Assembly: GCA_973895155.1 (NCBI GenBank)
Contig: OZ316897.1
Span: 19,533,224-19,597,223 of the forward strand
DNA: 64,000 nucleotides
From: Marsupella aquatica
Lineage: Eukaryota; Plantae; Marchantiophyta
Direction of reading: 5' to 3'
A program made the translations under genes and the position numbers. Under the pieces are notes generated by a model. The model was given only the letters and a program-made list of their open reading frames with translations. It was not told where the DNA came from and ran no database searches. This document shows positions 12,401 to 23,694 of this stretch, one piece after another (the stretch's first letter is position 1; the number at the start of each line of letters is the position of its first letter).

Positions 12401-14083
12401 GTTAAGGTTGTACAACCAAAGAATGACTATACAGATAGTCGTTTTATATTCGTTAGAAAACGCAATGCCCAAGGAGATGTCATAAGATATCGAGCAAGGC
12501 TTGTAGCGAAAGGCTACACCCAAATCCCTGGAAGGGATTACGATTTAACCTATTCGCCAGTTATGGATGTAACTACCTTTAGGTACTTAATATCTTTTTC
12601 AAGAAAGCATAAACTCAAAAACATACTCATGGACGTGGTAACTGCGTACCTATATGGAGTCTTAGACTCCGAAATATATATGAAAGCTCCAAAGGAATTG
12701 CTCGAAAGAGTGGTAGAGCACATCCAGGGGAAGAATATACATACCCTAAGTCAGGACATGAAGTCGGGACTTCGACAGATTGTCCCTGATGATGACATTA
12801 AAGGCCTAGTGTTGAGCAGTGGCAACACACTCAAAGAACCACTCCAGTACCCAGGTAAATATGGGACTGGACAGCAGGCATTTGCTGTGCAAGTCCTTAA
12901 ATCAATAAACGGACTGAAACAGAGCGGACGCATCTGGTATCAAACATTCAAAACTAAGATGCAGACTCTTGGCTTTATAAATGACGACCTCGCCCCTTGC
13001 ATTTTTATAAAACACCTAGCACCTGAGTTCGTGATATTAGCACTATATGTTGATGACGTCAATCTGTTCGGCACCCCCAAGCTATTAAAGCAGACTATTA
13101 ATACAATGAAGGGCATCTTCGAAATGAAAGAACTGGGAGAACCGACGTATTACCTCGGTCTACAGTTCGACCACCTGCCACAAGGTATGTTTATTAGTCA
13201 ATCAACTTACACAAAGAAAATTCTTCGACAGTTTAACATGCAGAATGCTTACTCAGTCTCGACTCCCATGGAGATGCGATCCCTGGACACCACTAAAGAT
13301 ATGTTTAGAAGGAGACAAGAAAATGAACCACTTCTTGATGCAGACAAGCCTTATTTATCTGCAATCGGAGCTCTCCTCTATCTGGCGAACAACACCCGTC
13401 CCGACATTTCATTTGCAGTGAGTCTCTTGGCACGACATAGCGCCCAACCTACTATTCGCCACTGGAACGGCATCAAACGACTATTTCGTTATCTTCAAGG
13501 CTCCATGGATATGGGCCTGTATTTCGCCAATGATAACCCGGATGAACTGCAAGGATATGCGGACGCTGGATATCTATCCGATCCGCATGACTCGAAATCT
13601 CAGACTGGTTATGTCTTCTTGCAAGGCAACACAGCAATATCATGGCGCAGTACAAAACAAACCTTGACTACCACATCGTCCAATCATTCAGAAGTAATAG
13701 CTCTTTACGAAGCAACAAGAGAAGCGCTATGGCTTCGAAACATCATAAACCACATCCGCAAGAATACTGGTAAGCCACTACTCACCAAACCGACGATTAT
13801 CCATGAAGATAACAAAGCTTGCGTGGACCAAATCAATGCAGGATATATGAAGACAGACCGCACGAAGCATATCGACCCAAAATTTTTCTTTACCCATGAA
13901 CAGATAGGGCAGCACATCAATGTACACTGGAAGAGCTCCCAGGAGAACTGTGCTGATCTATTCACGAAGCCATTACCCGCCAGCCTCCATCGAAAGCACG
14001 TAGCAGCGATCGGCATGACAAGATTGTCGACATTGCGCCCGCCCGTCGACACACAAACGAGAGAAACTCCACAGTTTGAATGA
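9443..14083 (+). pseudogene. gag-pol: Copia gag-pol polyprotein with one in-frame TAG at 11660-11662
   Basis: CYRCGKIGHLKKDC knuckle, IIDSGTSH protease, WHCRLGH and DVCGP integrase, YVDD RT, YADAGY and IHEDN RNase H. ORFs 9443 and 11924 share a frame. Confidence 0.93.
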
Positions 14084-14445
14084 GCAGCTCGAGCCGACAG
14101 ACGACAGCCGACTCGACGACGATGCAACCTAAAACTTTCATTCCTGTATACATAGACAGAATACGATTTCTCATACCAATACAAGATAGAATAATTATTA
14201 TCGTAAACACCCCATTTAAACTAAGGGGAAGTAGTTTTAGTAATAGGGGACCCAAATTAAACTTTACATTTGGACAAATTATAAGGTAGACTCACCTTAG
14301 TGCAAATTTAAGAAAATCCTACTAATGGTGGCTAGAACCCTTTTTCCTTATGAAGAAAGCAGAAGGTTTTAATGGGGCAGCACCAAAAATAAACATAGGG
14401 TTAGTAGTGTGGTGATTTTATACCCCTAAACTCTCCAAGGGGAAG

Positions 14446-14609
14446 TGTTGTAACCATTTACTCTAGACCATGGTTAACCCCTAACCCTATCCTGAAGGGG
14501 TAACATGGGTTAACACCAACCCCAACATGTAACCCTATGGTGACTATATAAGTCACACCCATAATGGAACACAACAGCGAGTTGCAAGTCTCTCCATTGT
14601 CACACAACA
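14446..14609 (+). repeat. Copia 3' LTR
   Basis: Identical to the 5' LTR, followed by TSD CTTAT. Confidence 0.96.
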
Positions 14610-17600
14610 CTTATTCCCTAGTTGTTACTTGTTGCATGGACCACTAGAAGAACGGCTTCGCAATCTTTGCCTGATCTGATGACCCTGGTTGAGTAACTCT
14701 TTGTTATTGCCTCCTTTGGGTGTTGAGGTTTTATAATGCCATTTGGCCTACTGGTTCCCCCATCCGTGGGGTTCACGCGGAATAAATGTAAAATTTCAAA
14801 CAAAAAAATAAATCTATAAAGAGGGTGATAGCAAGGGGCATAACTCATTAAATTTCCTTATTTGTGACCAAAAAGGTTTTGGGTTTAATGAAGTGGGGTT
14901 CATGGAGGTTGGACCATGGAGGGATGGTCAAGATATTCTTGGCCATTACTAAATCCATCTATAAAAGGTCAAGATGCACAAAGGTAGATTTGTACCGGTC
15001 CTTTTTCATACATTAGAGCTAGGTCACATTCTTGCACCGGGAATATTGCATTTTAGGACCGGATATAATGTTGGGCAACCTTAATCCTGATTACGGCGTG
15101 CAATAAAATGTCACTACCGACCATGTATGTGCAAATATGACCATTCATTGCCTAAGTTGGCCATGCAGTAACACTTTGTAGCTTTGTCCCACTTTGGGTG
15201 ACACTCAACGGCTCACTCAAACGGTAAGGCTGAGTGGCTTCCCCTAATTCGGTTTCAGGCACTAAACTTCACTTTGGGAGTCTCTTTGGAGTTTTCGCCA
15301 TTGTCATTGAACTTAGAACGTGAGGGGTGGAGTGTTCGGGGTTTTACGTAGGGTTTTCCTTTCAGTGTTGCCCACTTTTTGCGACCATTGCGGAGTGAAC
15401 TTCCCGCGCGTTATGTGCTTGTTTATGCTCTCGAGGAGCAGTGTTCAGGCAGTTGCAGTGATCTAACCTTGCGCTTGCAGTCTACTCATAGACCTGCATT
15501 CCTGCTCGATCTCCTTTAGGGACATTTAGTTTTTGGCTGGTAGGGCGAAGAAGGTTGTGGCTGCTGCAACGTTCGTGAGGAGCTTGTCGGAGTTTGAGGA
15601 GTCGGAGGTTGGGGTTTCTTCAAGGTTTTGGGTGACAATCTCGGTCACAGTTGTGGTATAGACCCTTTTGCTGCACCCATAACGAGCATCGGGAGGCCGT
15701 GAGGCTCATTGGGAGGTCCTTCAGTTGTCAAGCTGCCGTTGAGCTGGTGAAGTTGCATGCGGGTTGCATCTGTTCTGCGGACACAGTCAATGTGGGAATC
15801 CATATTTTCATAGTGCTTGTTCTTGCAAACTGGGAGCCGAGAGTTTGGAGTCGGGAGCTAAGAAGGGTATTGTTAGGCTTCAATTACTCTGTGGTTTTCT
15901 CCAGCTCCATGGTACAGTTTCAATGTTAATGCTTTGTCCTTGTGCTGGTCTAGGTAGCGCGAGCTTCTACCTATTGCGCCCTCTTGCTGTAAGCGTATTG
16001 AGCTGCCAACTGAGTGATTCATACCTGTAGCTGCTTACGCGTGATCAAGAGATTGAACAAATGCCTAGTGCTGTCCAGCAGGAGAAAACTCTTTTTGGTC
16101 ACGATCGGGCGTTGGAATATAACTAAGTGCGGCAGAGCAACACGGGGAGCTGTAGAGTTGCAGACAAGATGCAACTACAGAGGAGGCATTGGGAAGGACA
16201 CAACGGTGCGGTGAAGGTACAAGGACCGTGGACCCTAACTTGTTTGCTGCCTTGGGAGGATCCGGAGAGCCCGAGGCGACATGCTTCATTGAGCCTGAGC
16301 TAGCTGAATCCAATCCAGGAGTTGTTGCGCTAAGGTGAGACTTTGAGTTAGGGTTGCTTCAGTGTCCGAGTAGGTTTTCTCTTTGCGTCGGCAGCTAGAA
16401 GGTAAGCTTGGGGGCTTTACAAAGGGTTAGTGTTGCGGACTTTCCCTCCTGGACGTTGTGTGTCTTCATTTGCAACTTGTTTGTGGACCTGTGATCCTGA
16501 GACTGTCAAAATTGTTGTGGCCGCACTGACAACTTGATGACGCGTTTTGTGGATGCACCGTTAGTAATCGCAAGTACAGCTCTCCAACAATTGCACTTAC
16601 CATTTTTGACCACCTTGCATGATGTCCATCCGTGGGCTGGACCCCAAGAAGTAGATTTCAGTAGATTTCGGTAGATTTTGTCTCTGCCCCCGGTCCTCAT
16701 TTTGTGCAATGTCCGCCTGACACTTGGTTCTTGATCCCTACATTATCGTCTGCCGCTCGGCTGCTTGCGGAAGGGATCAAACAGATTGGAGGTGCTTGGT
16801 CTTTTCATTTTGAGTGTCAAAGTTTAGGAGGACAGCTTGCACCATCGCCGACAAGAATGACCTGCTTGCAGAACAAGAGGGATGAGCGTGAGCTGCTTGC
16901 AGAATAGGAGATTGACCGCGAGCACAAGCTGCTTGAAAAATAGGAGACTGAGGGCAACCTGCTTCTTTGTTGCTACTCTGGTTGCGCTGCTACATTGGTT
17001 GTTGATCTTCACCCACCCACTTGCCTACTCAATTGACAGAGTACAGCTTTGTCTCTGCGTCTGTTATTGCTGTCTTTGTCCCTCCCCTTGAAATTGTGGG
17101 CCTTAAAAGGTCAGTAAGTTGGCTTATGTAGTTTTTATGTCCCTCCGCTATGTCAATGCGTGTTTCATTGCATCAGGGCATCAGTCGCTGTTTGCCTATA
17201 ACCGGACTGTTCATTCTCTGTCCACTCATTTGATGTAATTCTTCCCATTGCCGCCCAATGCTATGGCGCCCATGCTACAATTTGTGGTTTTTGTCTAAGC
17301 ACAAATCCTCTCTGTGCCTGGTCTCTGTGTCCCGTCATTGGGATTGATTGTGTAGACGTTTCCTCTTCTCCCAGTCCTTGTCATCCACCAGCCAAAGCAC
17401 ATTGGATTGTTTTCAAAGGAGGGCTGTGTAGTTTGGAGGGTTTGATCTATGCAGCGGATTTGAGCAGATTGGCGGTTGTTAGTTTCTTCTTGTAAAACCT
17501 GTCTGTCTTTTCTGCTTTTGGCCATGCTCCTTCACTTCTTGCTGCAAGCTCAATGTGCTTCAGCTATGGCAATATTCACTTACCCTATCCCAACGGCACT

Positions 17601-18349
17601 ACCGTGAGCTATAGGACAGCCAACAGAAGCAGATTGTATCGATTGCATGTAAGTCAGGGTATTTTATGTATTGCGGAACAACTGTCCAAGTTTGCTGCAA
17701 TGGCCGGTCTTGCGCAGCTGAATGAGCCAATTTCATTTTCCCTGTGCACTTCTATTTCTCAAAGAATTCCCTGGTCATGCTCATTTCCCCCAGAGTTAGA
17801 AAACAAAGAAGAAGAGCTGACTAATTGTAATTCCAATCCATATCCTGATCGGTCAAGGATTGTTCACTACATTGGCCTTGTCATTGGCCGAGGTCACCAA
17901 ATTTTGCTTGGTTTCATTCCTGTGGAGCACTGCTGTGATGGATTTGTCGTAGCATTCTGCAAACTCTCACAGTTTGCTTATGGCCATTATTTGCAATTTG
18001 CTGCTACTAATATGTCTTCTTCTGAGCAGCATACACCAGAAGTAAGCAATAGTGGAGGTTTAACTGCACATCAACACATCTAGTGAACTACCTCTCTGCT
18101 GCTCACTGGAGGGTGAGACTTTCACTCTTTCTGGATATTGTAGTTTGTAAGCAAGTTGATTAGGAGTGTTTCATGCTATGTTTACACTGTGACCCCTAGC
18201 TGGAACCAATGGAATGACACAGTGAGTGGGAACTGATAATTTAAGGTTGGTTGCTGTTGGTGAGGCAAGTACAGCTCCTGCTCACCTTGCTGATCGAAGG
18301 TGCTTATCAGAGGACGTGAACACACGACATCTCCACAAAAGCAACACTT

Positions 18350-18799
18350 ATGGTGAGGACCCGCAACGCTGAACATGTGCGGCTTGCACGCAAGGCAGAG
18401 ATGTTGCGCCTTGAGTATGTCAGACTTGGGATCCTTCCAGCCCAGTCTGCATGGTACTTTGAGTACCCAGTTGTTGCCAGGAACAACTACAGCCGGCCTG
18501 TACCTGCTTCTCCACCCTTCCCAACATCCTTGGTATTTCTGTCTCTCATACATGACCCGCCACAAATTAGGGCCCAAGGGTGTGTGCACAGTTGCCAATA
18601 TGACTGTCCTGCCTGTAGGGCTTCTGGCCTAGAGTTGGATGACCGTTCTCTTGGATGTCGGTTTTTTCACAGAGCACAATGTATCATCTGGAACCACTCG
18701 CCATCCTGCAGTGTGTCTGGCGATGTCACTTGTCCTGCCCTCCCAGACCCCACCACCGGTCACTTTGGTGTCTACACATGTTTGGATCACACGCTCTAG
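18350..18799 (+). CDS. Hypothetical Cys/His-rich 149-aa CACTA cargo protein
   Basis: ATG start MVRTR; CVHSCQYDCPAC, CRFFHRAQC, C..C..C-x2-H; no family recognised. Confidence 0.35.
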   Translation: MVRTRNAEHVRLARKAEMLRLEYVRLGILPAQSAWYFEYPVVARNNYSRPVPASPPFPTSLVFLSLIHDPPQIRAQGCVHSCQYDCPACRASGLELDDRSLGCRFFHRAQCIIWNHSPSCSVSGDVTCPALPDPTTGHFGVYTCLDHTL

Positions 18800-19468
18800 A
18801 GGACCACTTGTCACACCGCATGCACAAACCAGAGACCATTGACCTATAACTTAACACTTTGACTTGAACATAGAGGATATTTACTTAAGATTTTGAATTA
18901 TGACCAATTTTGGGTCCAGGGTTTAGGGTCAACAGTACATAACTTCACCTATTATGGCTGCACTAAGTACAATATCCTAATTTAAGAGGCTAGCAAGCTC
19001 ACTTAAAAGTCTCCTTTCAAAGACTGGAATTAATGGGCCATGTGATAACCTGGAAAAAGTGATTTCTGCCTAACTTATTTGTCTCATTCACTATCATAGC
19101 CTATTTAGGATGTATAAATTACAACCCTGATCACAGTGCTTGATACCAATCCTGTTCAAAAAATGCCTGTTTTACATGTCACGACTGTTATATGTGATTC
19201 AAATGCATTAAATCTTGTTGCAGATCTCCTTTGGTGAATCATAGCCACAAAATTGAGGTGTATGTGGAGCTATTGTACGAGGGGATCAGTTTTTAGTGTG
19301 GGCTCAACAAACCAAAAAGTATGTCTACTCTGCACATGTGTGTGAACATTTCATTGCAGTAGCAATTGCTACTCTAGTCTATATGCTACACTGTACTTTT
19401 TGTACACTGCACTAAATTGTATTGTCCGTGCACTCTGCTAAATTGTACTATCTGTCTCATGCGTAGGC

Positions 19469-20149
19469 ATGGCACGCCCTAAAATCCGAGCCAAGAAGCG
19501 GGGGACAGAGGTGAGCAACACAGGTGTAGTTGGGCCAGATGGTAGTAACTTCTCCGCAAGTCAGATTTTCCAGAAGGCAGCTCATTGTTGTGCCATTTGT
19601 GACGATGGTGGTGGCTTAGCCATATGTGAGGGCCCTTGCATGAGGCATTTCCACCTCAACCCGGAGTCTGACCTTGCTGCAGAAAACAACTGTCCAGGGG
19701 TGGGCCTCCCGTCAGCACACCAGGGAGGCTGGATGTGCACTGATTGTTTGGAGAAGCAGGCTAAGTGTGCACAGTGTGGGAAGTTGGGGTCTTATGAGGG
19801 CTCTGTTGATGCTCCACCACTTGTTAGGAAATGCCCTGACACATATTGTGTGAGGTTCTTTTGTTTTTCATGTTTGCCCGATCTTGCCACAGCTTGCCCA
19901 CTTCATAAGTGCAAGGCATGTGGTCAGCACGATGAAGATTTCTGGGTGGACATAGTCCACTGTGTTAGGTGTCCCACCATGTGGCACTTTCATTGTTTGA
20001 AGGAGCGTCAAGCAGAAGGCTATGCTTGTGACAGACACATCTATGATCACTCTGCACATGGTGTTGATCGATGGATCTTCTATTGTCATCGCCATGCCAT
20101 AGATCCTACTTTGCACACTCCCATGAGAGATCACATTTCTTGGCTTTGA
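19469..20149 (+). CDS. Stand-alone EDM2-like tandem PHD-finger protein (226 aa), CACTA cargo
   Basis: CAICDDGG..CEGPCMRHFH, CxxC..CAQCGKLGS, CPLHKCKAC, CVRCPTMWHFHCL and YCHRHAIDPTLHTPMRDHI follow the EDM2 PHD region in order; basic N-terminal NLS; intact single-exon ORF. Confidence 0.85.
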   Translation: MARPKIRAKKRGTEVSNTGVVGPDGSNFSASQIFQKAAHCCAICDDGGGLAICEGPCMRHFHLNPESDLAAENNCPGVGLPSAHQGGWMCTDCLEKQAKCAQCGKLGSYEGSVDAPPLVRKCPDTYCVRFFCFSCLPDLATACPLHKCKACGQHDEDFWVDIVHCVRCPTMWHFHCLKERQAEGYACDRHIYDHSAHGVDRWIFYCHRHAIDPTLHTPMRDHISWL

Positions 20150-20508
20150 ACCTGAATAATATACATGCATAGTGCACCTGATGTGGATACCTTGGAGATT
20201 GCAGACATTCCAATTTTGAGAAGAAGGACCTCTGTAGGAGAGGATGCTTAGGCAACAAGTACCCTAAGTTCATTACTTGTTCCTGGGTATATGCCTTCAA
20301 AAACTGCCCTTAAGCCTTCTAGGAACTTTTTTAACTCTGCAATCATTTTGATCACGACTTACATGACACTGCTTAAATTAAATCAGGACTTCTCATTATG
20401 AGCATATAAGTTACAAGGCTATTTAATTTGCGAGAATTCCCTTAAAGTGTACCAACATTTTGTATTCTCATTGAATGTCTGCCCATTTACAACATCTGTA
20501 TGTGGCAT

Positions 20509-23500
20509 TGTCAAACACTTGCCAAGGAGCTTAAGCGGCTTTTCTCCCCAAAAGACTACCTAATACCTGCTCCATGTCATACCAGGGTCACAAAGGATTG
20601 ACAAAACTTCTGAAGTGTGCTTACAATGTCCAATCACTCCATACATAAGTAGTTTCAACTCTCCACTTCTAGAGAGGTAGTCCCCTTGACTACTTTTGTA
20701 CTCACCCCTTCCCCTCTCCTCTACTCCAAGGATCAGCAAGGGGGATCTCCGCTCCAAGCTGTCACCTTAGAGTAGATTCTCACACAAACACCCAAGAACC
20801 CCAAAGTACTTTCCTCTTCAAGCTTAAGTCTCCTCAAGACCCTCAAAGTAGTGTTACCCCTCAACCTTGCCCCCCTGGCCTTGGTTTGGGTCCACACATC
20901 CCCTTTGAGCCCTAGAGAAGGCTCCTCTATCTAAGGACTCTTCCTCTTGTTCTTACTTCTTGTTAACACCACACACCAAGCAAAGTACTTTCCACCCTCA
21001 AGCTATAATCCTCTCTAAGTCTCAAAGTAATGCTATACCTTAACCTTGCCTCCTTGGCCTTGGTTTTGTACTAGCACATCCCCTTCAAGCTTAGACCAAG
21101 ATTATACCATAGCATGGACTCTTCTCTTGCTCTCATATACTTCAAATGCACTCACACTTAATGGTCACAATGAAGATTGGTAAGTCTCCTTTTATTGCAT
21201 CACCTTTACAACAAAAGTTCACTACACATTCTCCACACTAAGCATGGACCACCTCTCCTTTCTCAAGCTTAGCCCTACCTTGGCAAGGTAGAGATTTCAC
21301 TTAAGAGATGAGACTCCCGGTCCCTAACAAATGAAAACTTCCTCCTTATATACTATCTCCTTCCACATCACACCAAGCTTGACCTGGGGTCCAACTATAC
21401 CTCCCCCAAGTCCTCCTAACACACAAAGTCCAACTCTATAGTTCATAGCCCACCCTACTACTTGCTATTTTGCCTCCTTCCAAGCCCTGGAATATGCCAC
21501 ACATGAGTGGTATGCTTTGACTTCCAAACCTACTCCCACTTATGGTCCTCCTCACCAGCTTACCAACCCACTTGAAAGCTCGCAAAAAGAGTGAGTGAGT
21601 CTCAAGTTGTGCCTAGTCAAAGTTGGCCTTATTTTACTTGTAACCCCTTTACTACCCTAAGTAAACTACCCCCTATATTTACTTTTCTTAACTTGATGGC
21701 CTTACACCTTTGGCCAAAGGTAAGTACCCTTCTCTAGAGCCTAACTCAAGTGGTATGGGTGCAAGAAAGGTCAGCCCCTAAATCTGGTATTCATTCCCCT
21801 ATGCCGACTTTGGTTTGCAAGTTGTCGGGACTCCCTCGTGGCCTCGGTTAAAAATATATTTGAGTGATTACTTTTCTGGGGTTCCACCTTCACCAGGGGG
21901 TGCCTTATCTTCCCCTAACTCAGCACAAAAAAATTTGGGCCCCAACGGATACCTCTAGCCAAAGTTATGCCCATTCTCCCAAGGCCTGTTTTTGGTGTAA
22001 AGCGGGTGTAAGCGGCGGCCCGATTACACTTACCTTACATGCCCCTTATGGGGATTCCACGTGTCATGAGGGGAGAGCACTCTCATTATACTCATGTTTC
22101 TTATGAAGAAATTGTAAGGACAACAATGTTTGCAGCCATTTCTCTCTCGTGAATTCAATCTAAAACCACAGCATTCTCTATTGGATTCTTTCTTGTGCAG
22201 CAGTCCAGCTGATCAGCCGCCAGCCCCTCAATTTCACAGCCACCATAGCTCACAGCCAGCCTAGTCAATTTCGCAGCTAGCCCACCTCTTCAATTTTGCC
22301 GCTAGCAACACAGTCAATTTCGCAGCTAGCAGCACAGTCACATCAGCGCATTTACAGCACAACAACAGCAGATTTGAAGCACAGCAGCAGCAACCATAGC
22401 TTGATTCCTTCTCAGTCAAGCAGGTCTCTCTTCTCAATTTCGTAGCTGCCCACCTTTGCAATTTCGCAGCTAGCAGCAGCATCATTCAATTCAGCAGCAT
22501 CAAGGCAGCAGCCAGCCAATTCTCATGAGCATCTCGTGCCTGATTAGTAGGAGCACCTCTAATCTAGTGTGCAGCTGTCATAGCAGCAAGCAGCCTTCCC
22601 AATTCAAAGCCAGCAGCGATCCTAATTTGCAGCCATAGCTCTTTTCCTTCTCAGCAGCCATAGCTTCTTCAATCAGCAACAGCCCTTGCTTCTTCAATCA
22701 GCAGCAGCCATTTCAATTCAGCCGCCCTTCCTTCAATTCAGCCGCCCTTGTGCTCAATTGATTCCTCAAGTAATCATGCAGCACCTTTGGACAGCCTCCC
22801 GGTGCTTGACGTCCTCACCAGCCTCGTGCTTGCTCCTCCTTGCCTCGTGCTCGCCGCGTGATCGCCGCCCACGCGGTTTACACTTAGAAAAAAATACATT
22901 TTTTTTTTGGAAAAACAGCATTTTGGGGCGATTTTGGACCCCCCTCCAAAACTCACACATAAGTCCAAAAGGACTTCTGAGTAGCTCCACTGATTCTATG
23001 GACATAGGACTATGTCCGGGTTTACTAAGATATAAACAAAACCCTATAACAACTTTTCTAAAATTAGGCAAAGAGGGTCAAGTCTTTATGTCTTCCAAAA
23101 TTCTTCTCAACTTTGAGATGCTCCCAAAAAGTAACCAAGTGTGACAAAGTTGTCCCACAAGTTTCTAGGGATAGAGGGGACCATACTTAACCCACTTCCA
23201 AACTTGGAACCCCTACATTTACCCATCAGCTATTTTTCCCGGGACCCGCTATTTGGTAACTTTGATTTTTGCCAAAATACTTATAACTCCTAGGTTAAGA
23301 CCCCACTTGACTTCATACTTTTTCAGGGTTCCCTAGGGACCTCCCAGCACCCATGGGAGAAATATCAGCCAAAAATAAGATGTCCGGTGTCGGGTCATTT
23401 TTCGGTCCCGACTTAGTCGCCTATTATAACTAAGGACGGAACTAGTTTCCTGCCCCTCCTATAGTAACTTGCTTACCCCTAGATAACTTTGCATAACTAA

Positions 23501-23654
23501 AATTCCCTCTTACCTCTACTAAGCTTCCCTTCTTACTTAAGTGCCCTAAACCTAGCTACTCTGATAGCACTAAAACTTTTTCCCTAACTATTTCCTCTTC
23601 TAAACGAAAGAATGTCATGTTTCTCTACACTAGCTGACACTGAGCCATCCCACA
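20509..23654 (-). repeat. Gypsy-3 3' LTR
   Basis: Direct repeat of 29812-32957 (offset 9303); minus-strand PPT AAGTAGGGGG-CTA at 23655-23667; minus-strand TATATAA near 21350. Confidence 0.97.
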
Positions 23655-23694
23655 TAGCCCCCTACTTAAGTGTGCAGCGTCCCCGCAAACACAC

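Larger units (their letters stand above)
8825..14609 (+). mobile_element. Ty1/copia LTR retrotransposon, Bianca-like, full length
   Basis: Identical 164-bp LTRs, TSD CTTAT, gag-PR-INT-RT-RH order, PBS CGTTATCAGCGCG, PPT AAGGGGAAG (14437-14445). Confidence 0.96.

Noticed and set aside
20560-23144. Short ORFs duplicated at 29863-32447
   Set aside because: Inside the Gypsy-3 LTRs, low complexity, on both strands; no coding evidence
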